In this document: one piece after another, positions 29,049 to 38,598 of the stretch
Layout: every line of letters starts with the position of its first letter
Numbering within the stretch: position 1 is the first letter of the stretch
NCBI GenBank assembly: GCA_963700885.1
Contig: CAVOZJ010000030.1
Span: forward strand, 46,563-110,562
From: an uncultured Alphaproteobacteria bacterium
Lineage (GTDB): Bacteria; Pseudomonadota; Alphaproteobacteria; Rhizobiales; Aestuariivirgaceae
DNA length: 64,000 nucleotides
Direction: 5' to 3'
The notes under the pieces: model-generated
Seen by the model: only the letters and a program-made list of their open reading frames with translations
Database searches by the model: none
What the model was told of the DNA's origin: nothing
Program-made: the position numbers and the translations under genes

Positions 29049-31652
29049 TCAACTTGCCAGAACCCGTGTGGTGGGGAAGGTGATGTCGATACGCGTTCCT
29101 TTGCGGGCCTCGCTGGAAATGACAAATTTCGCCCGGTTGGCTTCAACCAGCGCCTTGGTCAGCGGAAGCCCAAGCCCGGTTCCCTGAACGTCCGGGCGGC
29201 CCGCAAGCTCGACCCTGCGAAACGGTTCAAGCGCAGTGCTCAACTGTTCCTCATTCATGCCGACCCCGGTATCTGATACTGACAATACAAGCTCGCCGCT
29301 GGCAATCAACTTGGCGGAAATGATCACCTGGCCTCCGGGGTCTGTAAACTTGATGGCATTTGACGTGAGATTTAACAGAACCTGCTTGATCGAACGCATA
29401 TCGGCCACGACCTGTGGCAGATTGGGCGCTATGGATTTGCGCAACACAACTCGTGCGCCGGTTGCTTCGTCCTGCATCAGCTTCATGCAGCTATCGACGG
29501 CCTGGGCCAGGTCCACTGAAATGAAATTCAGTTCCAGCTTGCCGGCTTCCACCTTGGACAGGTCAAGCAGATCGTTGACCAGTGACAGCAGATACTCGCC
29601 TGAGGTGTGAATATCATTGGCATAGCCTTCATAGCGTTCGGAACCGAGTTTGCCGAACTGGCCATTCCGCATGATATCGGAAAATCCGAGAATTGCGTTC
29701 AGCGGGGTTCGCAGTTCATGGCTGATCCGTGCCAGGAATTCCGACTTCTGCCGGCTGGTGTGTTCGGCCCTGTCGCGGGCGTTGCGCAATTCCGCCTCGG
29801 TTTTCTTCCATTGCGTGATGTCACGCATGACCGCGCAGTATGCCGACGCGGGAATGCCCGGCATCCGGGCATTGATCTTGCGCATGGTGATGAATATCGG
29901 TACATCGCCGCCATCGTTGACATTGGCAATGATTTCCCTGCCGCCGTTGAACAGCATGGACAGCCCGCTGTCGCCGAGCGCTGCCAGGTAATCTCGGACA
30001 ACCTTGGCGCTGGGAGTGTCCATCAGACCGGCCAGCGGCTTGTCAATTACGCTGGCCGCATGGACGCCAAAAAGTGCCTCTGCACCAGCGCTCATGTGGG
30101 TAATGCTGCCGTCTTCAGCCAGGAACACGATGCCGTCCGTCGCGGTGTCAAGAATTGACATAAGCTCTGCCGCGCTGACGGCGGGTTGCGTTACGGCCCG
30201 CGCTTCGGGTTGCAATGGCCGCGATGCAGCAGCACCTTTTGCGGCCGCGCCGGCGTTTTCTCCGCTCGCCGCTGTGCGTGAAATTGCCGAAATGGCGTCT
30301 TCAGCAGGTACATTGACTTGCTGGAATACATCATCAGGTCCGGGAGTTTCGTGCCCGGGTCTTCTGGCCTGCGGTTCTGTTTCGGGCAATTTGTCTTCTG
30401 TTTCAGTCAGCACAGCCATCGGCATCGCGCCGTCGTTCCACGGGAATGTCGATTTATCTACCGAAAAACCGGCTTTTCTGCCGTCGGCTTTCTCCAGCAC
30501 GACGGTCCCGTTCCTGCCGACCAGCGCGCCGAGCGTGGTGGCAATATCGTGGCGCGTCACCAGGTCATTTTCGCTGGCATAACCCAGAGCCCGTGCGGTT
30601 GCCTGGTTGGCATAAACAACTTTGCCGGCCCTGTAGAGCACGATTGCCCTCGGGATGCCGGACAGTGCCTTGCAAACAATTTCAGCAACTCCAAACCCCC
30701 CGGGTTTTGTGTCTGGTCTGCCTGCCGGTGAGGCAATCCTGCCTGTTGGCCCGGCGGTTTCAGCTTGTGCTGGGATCTGGTCAACTTTTGCTTTCGGCGG
30801 CACGCCTTTTACGCTGTGTTTGGCACCGGTCTGACCGGGTGTTGCCTTGATCGCCTGATGCAGGTCCGTCAGCCTGTTTGGCGCCGGAGTCCGGTCGCCG
30901 GCAGAAGTTTTGACAGGAGCGGGAATGCCGGCTGCCGGCAATGCGCGTTCAAGCGCCCTGCGATCTGTAACATCTTCCAGTAGCAGCGAAAATCTCTCAA
31001 CTGCGGTGTCCGGTAACGCAATCGGCTTTGCTGTCACCCTGATTTCGCGACTGCCAAATCCGGTTGCCATTGTGGTGATCGAACTGGCAATGCCTGCCCG
31101 GCGGGCCCGATCGAACACCCTGGCCGGAATTTCTTCCGCGCCAATCTCGACAAGCGATGCCGGCGATGTATCGCCGAACAGCCTTCGCGCCATGGCATTG
31201 GCATAGCCGATGGTGCCGTTTTCATCGCAGATCACGGTAGCAACAGGCAAGGTTTCCAGTACCGAAGTAGCGTACGCAACGCTTTCTGCCTCGGCAGCCG
31301 AAGAAGCCGGCGGAGTATCGGCAATCATCAAGAGCCCGTTGCGCCCGTCGGCCAGTGCATGAACATGCATGGTCACACTGAACGGAGCATCGTTCACCGC
31401 TGACGCAAAGCTTACGACTTCCTGCCAGCTTTCGCCGGTTTGCGCTGTCCTGGCCAGTTCTGCCACCCTGCCGGCACCCGGGTCTGCCTCGTCGAACGGC
31501 ATGTCGATGAGGTCGAACAGGTTTTCACATCCAAAAAACGCAACCGCTGCAGCATTCGCCCACACAATTCGCAAGCGCGCACTGTCCCACAGCCAGGCAG
31601 CCGTGGCCGCATTGTTCAGCTCATCCAGCGATGGAGCGGTCTCTACAGTCAA
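29049..31652 (-). CDS. soluble multi-PAS sensor histidine kinase of the PleC/DivJ/PdhS family
   Basis: 867 aa with no TM segment. The N-terminus AAWLWDSARLRIVWANAAAVAFFG is PdhS-like. HisKA SEFLARISHELRTPLNAILGFSDIM...FGKLGSERYEGYANDIHTSGEYLLSLVNDLLDLSKVEAGK. HATPase N/G boxes. Confidence 0.8.
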   Translation of the reverse strand: MTVETAPSLDELNNAATAAWLWDSARLRIVWANAAAVAFFGCENLFDLIDMPFDEADPGAGRVAELARTAQTGESWQEVVSFASAVNDAPFSVTMHVHALADGRNGLLMIADTPPASSAAEAESVAYATSVLETLPVATVICDENGTIGYANAMARRLFGDTSPASLVEIGAEEIPARVFDRARRAGIASSITTMATGFGSREIRVTAKPIALPDTAVERFSLLLEDVTDRRALERALPAAGIPAPVKTSAGDRTPAPNRLTDLHQAIKATPGQTGAKHSVKGVPPKAKVDQIPAQAETAGPTGRIASPAGRPDTKPGGFGVAEIVCKALSGIPRAIVLYRAGKVVYANQATARALGYASENDLVTRHDIATTLGALVGRNGTVVLEKADGRKAGFSVDKSTFPWNDGAMPMAVLTETEDKLPETEPQARRPGHETPGPDDVFQQVNVPAEDAISAISRTAASGENAGAAAKGAAASRPLQPEARAVTQPAVSAAELMSILDTATDGIVFLAEDGSITHMSAGAEALFGVHAASVIDKPLAGLMDTPSAKVVRDYLAALGDSGLSMLFNGGREIIANVNDGGDVPIFITMRKINARMPGIPASAYCAVMRDITQWKKTEAELRNARDRAEHTSRQKSEFLARISHELRTPLNAILGFSDIMRNGQFGKLGSERYEGYANDIHTSGEYLLSLVNDLLDLSKVEAGKLELNFISVDLAQAVDSCMKLMQDEATGARVVLRKSIAPNLPQVVADMRSIKQVLLNLTSNAIKFTDPGGQVIISAKLIASGELVLSVSDTGVGMNEEQLSTALEPFRRVELAGRPDVQGTGLGLPLTKALVEANRAKFVISSEARKGTRIDITFPTTRVLAS

Positions 31653-31972
31653 ATCAGTTCCCCAGGCAAGCTGGCGTTACCAGAAGGCAAGCCAGGCATT
31701 CGCGCCCCGTATTTACTGCCGTTGTAAAATTTCACAATGACAGTGCAACATGTCCTGCACCATCACACCACCGCATCCGGTTGCCAGTTTAAGCCGGTTT
31801 TGCCGGTGCCGTCCATGCTTTGTTGCATAATTGCGTGTCTTGTTGTCAGGGTGCTGACATGCGGGGTTTGCATGGTCGTCAACTGGCTGTAATCAGGCGT
31901 ATCAGGCCCGTGCCATTGTGACTTGCAAAATGCAGACCTTCGGCATAGTTTGCGCCCGCTGAACGGTTTTGT

Positions 31973-32049
31973 GCAGGCGTAGCTCAGTTGGTTAGAGCGC
32001 CGGATTGTGGATCCGGAGGCCGTTGGTTCAAACCCATCCGCCTGTACCA
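31973..32049 (+). tRNA. tRNA-His (anticodon GUG), G1-U72, A73, no encoded G-1
   Basis: GCAGGCGTAGCTCAGTTGGTTAGAGCGCCGGATTGTGGATCCGGAGGCCGTTGGTTCAAACCCATCCGCCTGTACCA. Anticodon loop TTGTGGA. The base 5' of G1 is T. Confidence 0.85.
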
Positions 32050-32179
32050 ACTCGTTTTGCTCTTTCCGCCATTCAGGTCGTTGTTTTGCTGCGCAGCTTC
32101 AACGCATGTGGACTCGCGCACGGAACCGACATAGTCTCCTGTTTCACTGGTTTGTGAAAAAAGGGAGTCGTAATAAATA

Positions 32180-33156
32180 ATGAAAACTATTCTTGAAATA
32201 CACACTGGCAGCTGCTGCGTTGGTCGGATTTGGCCGCATCGGCACAGTGCTGCCGACCAGAAGTTCGTCTCCATCGGTACCGGTGGTGTGACCGGGGTGT
32301 ACTATCCAACCGGCGGTGCGATCTGCCGCCTGGTGAACAAGGACCGCAAGGATACACGGCATCCGCTGCTCGGTGGAATCCACCGGCGGATCGGTTTACA
32401 ATGTCAACACGGTTCGCGCTGGCGAGCTTGAGTTCGGCGTTGCCCAGTCCGACGTGCAGGATAATGCCTACAAGGGCATCGGCAAGTTTGCAAGGATGCA
32501 GGTGCCGACGAAAAGCTGCGCGCAGTTTTCTCGGTTCACCCGGAACCGTTCACGCTGGTTGGCAGGGCCGGCGGCGGTATCGCCAGAAGTTTGAAGACCT
32601 CAAGGGCAAGCGCGTCAATGTTGGCAACCCTGGTTCAGGCCAGCGTGATACCATGGAAGTGGTCATGAAGGCGTATGGCATGGAAATGTCGGACCTGGCG
32701 CTGGCTGCAGAACTCAAGGGTTCTGAGATGGCTCAGGCGCTGTGCGACGGCAAGATCGATGTTATGATGTACACGGTCGGCCATCCGGCTGCTGCCATTA
32801 CCGAAGCCGCCACAACGTGCGACATTGAAATGATCCCGGTTGAAGGTGCCCCGATCGACAAGCTTGTGGCCGACAATGCCTATTACCGCAAGGCCACGAT
32901 TCCAGGCGGCATGTACAAGGGCAGCCCTAATCCGACACCGACTTTTGGTGTGGGCGCTACCTTTGTGACTTCGGCTGATGTGTCGGACGATGTGGTTTAC
33001 ACCGTGGTCAAGGCTGTATTCGACAACTTCGACGACTTCAAGAAGCTGCACCCGGCGTTTGGAAACCTGACGGAAGCCGAAATGATCAAGGATGGCCTGT
33101 CGGCTCCGCTTCATGATGGTGCAGTCAAATACTACAAGGAACGCGGCTGGATGTAA
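32180..33156 (+). pseudogene. TAXI-family TRAP solute receptor with at least three uncompensated frameshifts
   Basis: Conserved TAXI segments lie in different frames. [34 protein letters not shown] is in the frame of the ATG at 32180. [35 protein letters not shown] starts at 32355. [31 protein letters not shown] starts at 32492. [18 protein letters not shown]...YYKERGWM starts at 32587. Confidence 0.8.
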
Positions 33157-33182
33157 AAATCGAAGCCTGCTGAACCAATAGC

Positions 33183-33210
33183 GCTGCGGGATGCCCCGGC
33201 TTCCCGCAGC
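33183..33210 (+). terminator. intercistronic hairpin between the TAXI SBP and permease genes
   Basis: GCTGCGGGA-tgccccggct-TCCCGCAGC. No strong U-tract. It may act as an attenuator or mRNA stabiliser. Confidence 0.35.
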
Positions 33211-33323
33211 CGTGCCATTTCAGTTTGTGAATTTATAGTCTAGCCTGATTTTCTATGCCGGCTGAGCCGGAGACGGCACACAGGGGACATGTGTGAAGAC
33301 ACAGGCACAAGGGGATCATTTTC

Positions 33324-35958
33324 ATGAATGCGCAGCAGAACAAAGAGGTATTATCTGCCGAAGACATCGCCGCCGCCTCCGATACCGGCGGGCGCAAGCT
33401 GACCGGTCACCTGGCAACATTTGTAGCGCTTGTGGCGTTCATCTGGTCGTGTTTCCAGCTCTACATTGCCTCCAGTGTTCCCTATTTTCTGACCGAGACG
33501 ACCGGCTTGCCGTTTGTGCTCAACGATGGCCAGTCGCGCATTGTCCATCTGGCTTTCGCGATTGGTCTCGCGATGTTTTCGTTCCCGTTGTTCAAGGGCG
33601 CCGCCCGCAACACCATTCCCTGGTATGACTGGCTGCTGGCGGCAGCCGGTGTCGCAAGTTGCCTCTACCTGTTGGTGTTCCGCAATGACATTGCAGCGCG
33701 TGCAGGCCTGCCGACGCCCAGTGACATAGTTGTTTCGGCTGTCGGACTGAGCATGCTGGCGATTGCCGTTTATCGTTCTCTCGGTCTGCCCATGCTGATG
33801 GTCGCTACATTGTTTGTGGCCTATGTATTCTTTGGCGATGCCAGGTGGTTGCCCGACGTGGTGCAGTGGAAGGGCGCCTCGTTCTCCAAGGCGCTGTGGC
33901 ACTACTGGATGCAGACCGAAGGCGTGTTCGGACTGGCGCTCGGGGTGTCGGCCTCGATCATTTTCCTGTTCGTGCTGTTCGGGTCACTGCTGGAAAAGGC
34001 GGGAGCCGGCAATTACTTCATCAAGCTTGCCTTTGGTCTTCTGGGCCATATGCGCGGCGGACCCGCCAAGGCGGCAGTTGTCGCTTCCGCCATGTCGGGG
34101 CTTTATTCCGGTTCATCGATTTCCAACGTGGTGACAACCGGTACGTTCACAATTCCGCTGATGAAGCGGACCGGCTTTTCTGCCTGAAAAGGCAGGCGCG
34201 GTTGAAGTTGCCTCGTCCACCAATGGCCAGTTGACCCCGCCCGTCATGGGGGCTGCTGCCTTCCTGATCACCGAGTTCGTCGGCGTTTCCTATCCCGAAC
34301 TGATGAAAAACGCCATCCTGCCGGCGCTGATCTCCTACATTGCGCTGGTCTACATCGTGCATCTCGAAGCCATGAAAATGGGTTTGAAGGGGCTGGAAAA
34401 GCCACCATCGAAATTGACGCTTGCGCAGAAGCTGTTGGGTGTTGTTTTCGGTTTCCTGTTGATGTGCGTGCTGGCGCTCATTGTAAATTATGGGCTGGGG
34501 TGGGTGAAGACTGCTTTCCCGGACATGACTGTCTGGGCAGGCGCCGGCATATTCCTGATCGCGTATCTCGTGCTGGTATGGATCGCCGCCAAGCGCCCCG
34601 ACCTTGTGGTTGATGACCCCAAGGCGCCCATGCTGGTGCTGCCAAAACCCGGGGAAGTGGCAATGACGGGTTTGCATTTCCTGCTGCCCATCGTCGTTCT
34701 CCTGTGGTGTATCCTGCATGAAGGCCTGTCGCCGGCGACGTCTGCCTTCTGGGCGACTATTGGCATGGTATTCGTGGTGCTTACCCAGCACATGCTGAAA
34801 TCCATTTTCCGGGGAACTCCATATCTTGTTGCGGACCTCAGGCGGGGTTGCAGTGATTTTTATGGTGGAATGATTGCCGGCGCGCGCAACATGATCGCCA
34901 TCGGCGTGGCAACCGGCGTGGCGGGTGTGATCATCGGCTCCATTTCTCTGACCGGCTTCCATCAGGTCATTGGCGAACTCATCGAGTTTCTGTCCGGTGG
35001 CAACCTGATGGTCATGCTGGTGCTAGTCGCGGTGATGAGCCTGATACTTGGCATGGGGCTGCCGACGACGGCCAACTATATCGTTGTGTCCTCACTTATG
35101 GCGCCGGTCATCGTGACGGTGGGCGCCCAGTCTGGCCTGATCGTACCCCTGGTCGCGGTTCACCTGTTTGTGTTCTATTTCGGCATTCTGGCCGATGATA
35201 CGCCGCCCGTGGGTCTTGCCGCCTTTGCGGCGGCGGCGATATCCGGAGGTGATCCGATCAGGACCGGTATCCAGGGCTTCGCCTATGACATTCGCACGGC
35301 CCTGCTGCCATTCCTGTTCATCTTCAACACCGAACTGCTGTTGATCAACGTGTCTCCGCTCAAGGCAGTGTTTGTGTTCGTGGTGGCAACCATAGCCATG
35401 ATGCTGTTTGCTGCGGCCACGCAGGGTTTCTTCCTGGTAAAGAACAGGCTGTGGGAGTCTGCTGCTCTGCTGCTGATAGCGTTGACCCTGTTCCGGCCCG
35501 GTTTCTGGCTCGACCAGGTAGTCCCGCCCTATGACGACAGGAACGGCATTGAGGCCATTGAGCTTGCTGCAAAGCAACCAGCCGATGCGCGCCTCAGGCT
35601 GGTAATCCGGGGACCGGATTTCGACAACCCGGACAAGATGGCCCAAACCACGGTGATGGCCAATCTGGGTGCCGAAGGTGAAGGCGTGCAACGTCTTGAT
35701 CAGGCAGGCCTTATTGTGGTGCCGGAAGGAGACGTGGCCAAGCTGGAAGAACCCATTGCCGGTACGCCGTTCTTTACCCGTTTTCGGATGTTCGACTTTT
35801 ATGCCGACCAGCCGGTGACGATCTCCACGGTGGAAATGCCGGCTGAACGCATAGCCAAGGAAGTCTTCTACATTCCGGTTCTGCTCCTGCTGGGCCTGAT
35901 TATCTGGTTGCAGCGGCGCCGGCGCGTTGAACCGGTGCCTGTTGCTGCGGCTGCCTGA
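33324..35958 (+). pseudogene. TAXI-type TRAP transporter fused permease, split by a 1-nt insertion at 34185
   Basis: Two track ORFs (33324..34187 and 34231..35958). The junction reads ...TFTIPLMKRTGFSA*(T)EKAGAVEVASSTNGQLTPPVMGAAAFL. Removing T34185 restores one reading frame of about 877 aa through a conserved motif. Confidence 0.85.
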
Positions 35959-37197
35959 ATGGAGCAGGGCTATTTGCTGTCCCGGTTATGTGATGCCGCC
36001 ATCGCGGCTGCACAACCGTCCCTGTGTCTTCCCGCGCACTTGCCACCCCTACCGGAGGGCAGGACCATTGTAATCGGTGCAGGCAAGGCCTCTGCCGCCA
36101 TGGCTGCCGCGGTTGAGGCAAACTGGCAGGGTCAAATCGAAGGACTGGTGTTGACCCGGTATGGTCATGGCTGTCCTTGTAACCACATAGAAATTGTCGA
36201 AGCAGCCCACCCGGTACCCGACGAGGCCGGCTTTCAGGCAGCAGCCCGGATTCATGCCATGGTGCAGGGCCTTTCTGCCGAGGATCTGGTCTTGTGCCTC
36301 ATATCCGGTGGCGGCTCTGCATTGCTGACGGCTCCGGCCGCCGGCATCAGCCTGTTGGAAAAGCAGGCAGTCAACAGGGCTCTGTTGGCCTGTGGCGCGC
36401 CGATCGGGGAGATGAACTGCCTGCGCAAGCACCTGTCAGCAATCAAGGGCGGCAGGCTGGCGGCCAGCGCCCACCCTGCGAAAGTGGTGTCCCTGCTGAT
36501 ATCGGATGTGCCGGGTGATGATCCCTCCACGGTGGCGTCCGGTCCGACCGTGGCGGACCCGACCACGCGGGCTGATGCCCTGGCAATTCTTGACAAATAC
36601 AACCTCGATGTCGCGCCGTCAGTGCGGGCCTTCCTCGAGACGGACGCTGCCGAAACTCCCAAGCCGGGTGATTTTCGGCTGGCAAATGCCGTCACTCGCA
36701 TGATTGCGACCCCGCGCATGTCCATTGATGCAGCAGCAAGGGTTGCGAACGAACACGGTTATCATGTCATTGATCTGGGCGACGATGTCGAGGGCGAGGC
36801 CCGGGAAGTGGGTGCGGCTCACGCAAGGATCGCGCTCAAGACAACCGGCCCTGCCATCATCGTGTCCGGGGGTGAAACCACCGTTACTCTGAAAGGCAAC
36901 GGTCGAGGTGGGCGCAATGCCGAGTATGCCCTTGCACTGGCGATAGGTCTGGATGGCGCGGGCAATGTGTCAGGTGTTGCCATCGATACCGACGGCATTG
37001 ACGGGTCCGAAGACAATGCCGGCGCAAGGGTACTGCCGGATGTCCTGGAGCGCGCACGGGCCAGCGGACTGGACGCGCAGACCATGCTGGCCAACAATGA
37101 CGCCTACGGGTTTTTTGAAGCTACAGGTGATCTGGTGATGACCGGACCGACCCTGACCAATGTCAATGATTTCAGAGCCATCATCGTAGGTGTGTAG
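35959..37197 (+). CDS. glycerate 2-kinase / TtuD-type (DUF4147 + MOFRL)
   Basis: GRTIVIGAGKASAAMAAA...LISGGGSALL...GEMNCLRKHLSAIKGGRLA...SGGETTV...GRGGRNAEYAL...TDGIDG. Confidence 0.8.
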   Translation: MEQGYLLSRLCDAAIAAAQPSLCLPAHLPPLPEGRTIVIGAGKASAAMAAAVEANWQGQIEGLVLTRYGHGCPCNHIEIVEAAHPVPDEAGFQAAARIHAMVQGLSAEDLVLCLISGGGSALLTAPAAGISLLEKQAVNRALLACGAPIGEMNCLRKHLSAIKGGRLAASAHPAKVVSLLISDVPGDDPSTVASGPTVADPTTRADALAILDKYNLDVAPSVRAFLETDAAETPKPGDFRLANAVTRMIATPRMSIDAAARVANEHGYHVIDLGDDVEGEAREVGAAHARIALKTTGPAIIVSGGETTVTLKGNGRGGRNAEYALALAIGLDGAGNVSGVAIDTDGIDGSEDNAGARVLPDVLERARASGLDAQTMLANNDAYGFFEATGDLVMTGPTLTNVNDFRAIIVGV

Positions 37198-37233
37198 TGC
37201 GAACCAGGATTTGAGGTTGGTGCTCCCTTACAA

Positions 37234-38505
37234 TCAATGCAGCATGTTCAGGGCCCGGGCAAAGAAGTCCGCCGTTCCGAAATTGCCGGACTTGAGGGTG
37301 ATGGCGAATGTCTCGCCCTTGCGTTCGGCGTAGCACCACGGGACACCCGGCGCTATTTCGCGGCCTACGCTCAGGCGGTCCGTTGCCAGCGCCTGCGTTA
37401 CCGCTCCCGAGGTCTCCCCGCCGGCAACGACAAACCGCCTGATGCCGAGATCAAACGCGTCACTGGCCAACACCGCAAGCGCGTCCTCAACGACCTGGCC
37501 CGCCCTTTCGCGTCCCAGTTTTTCCTGCGCAGCGGCCACTTCAGCAGGTTCCGCGGTGGCATAGATGATTTTTGCTGCGTTCCGGTCTTGTGACGCCAGC
37601 CATTGCCGGGCTGCTGCCAGCGCATCACCACTGCCGGCCAGCGCCGGCGGATCAAGCCGCCAGGACACCGCAGCAGCGCAATAGCTGGCCACCTGGGCCC
37701 GTGTCATCGCGGAACAGGATCCGGAAAGCACAATATTTCCCGTGCCGGTGGACGGCTCTACCATGTCTTCACTGGCAGTGGCTATGCTGCCTTTTTCCGC
37801 CAGCAGGCGAGGCAGGTCCAGTGCAAGCGCGCTGCCGCCGGTGATCAGCGCGAAATCCTGCACGGCCTCGGAAATGGCTGCAAGATCTGCCTGCGAGATC
37901 GCATCCGGCACCACGTGTACAATGCCGTTGTCAGCCAGAACCCGCAATCTCTCCGCAATATGAGCCGCGCCCTTTGCTATGTCCGGCCACGCAATGTGTC
38001 CGACCTTGCCCTGAACCTGAGGCTCCAGCAGCCGCATCAGGTTGGCGTCACGCATGGGAGTTAGCGGGTGATCGCGCATCGCGCTTTCATCGAGCGGCAC
38101 ATTGCCCACAAACAGGTTTCCCATATAGATTGAGCGGCCGTTTTCCGGAAACGCCGGGCAGTAGATTGTCTGTTTGGCGCCCACCCGTGCCATCAGGGCT
38201 TCTGACACCGGGCCGATATTGCCGGCAGGAGTTGAATCAAAAGTCGAGCAGTATTTCCAGTAAAGTTGCCTGGCGCCGCGGGCTTTCAGCCAGTCTGCTG
38301 CCCTGCCAGTCAGTTCAAGAGCCTCATCTGCCGGTTCGGTTCGGCATTTGAGTGCTATCACTTCAAACAGTGCAGGCGTGCTCTTGTCATCGTCGCACGG
38401 TACCCCGATACGCAGGCCGACCCTGTGACCTGATCTGGCCAGGATGGCGGCAAGGTCGCTGGCACCGGTAAAATCATCGGCGATACAGCCCAGTGCGATA
38501 CCCAT
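37234..38505 (-). CDS. four-carbon acid sugar kinase family protein (OtnK/DUF1537-like)
   Basis: MGIALGCIADDFTGASDLAAIL...YWKYCSTFDST...VVAGGETSGAV...LKSGNFG, typical of 3-oxo-tetronate kinase relatives. Confidence 0.8.
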   Translation of the reverse strand: MGIALGCIADDFTGASDLAAILARSGHRVGLRIGVPCDDDKSTPALFEVIALKCRTEPADEALELTGRAADWLKARGARQLYWKYCSTFDSTPAGNIGPVSEALMARVGAKQTIYCPAFPENGRSIYMGNLFVGNVPLDESAMRDHPLTPMRDANLMRLLEPQVQGKVGHIAWPDIAKGAAHIAERLRVLADNGIVHVVPDAISQADLAAISEAVQDFALITGGSALALDLPRLLAEKGSIATASEDMVEPSTGTGNIVLSGSCSAMTRAQVASYCAAAVSWRLDPPALAGSGDALAAARQWLASQDRNAAKIIYATAEPAEVAAAQEKLGRERAGQVVEDALAVLASDAFDLGIRRFVVAGGETSGAVTQALATDRLSVGREIAPGVPWCYAERKGETFAITLKSGNFGTADFFARALNMLH

Positions 38506-38598
38506 GTCCTGCCACCCTCTTGCTTGCCCGGCGACATGCCGCCATGTTGCGCAAGCAACATCCGCAATTTGATCTGGTATTACTTAAAAGCAAACCAC

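Noticed and set aside
29041-29060. GTGATTGGTTCAACTTGCC resembles the tRNA-Phe 3' end (GGTGGTTCAATTCCGCC), so it was considered as a possible attR of the island.
   Set aside because: Only about 8-10 contiguous matching bases, and it lies inside the stop region of the histidine kinase gene. It is too weak to call a direct repeat.
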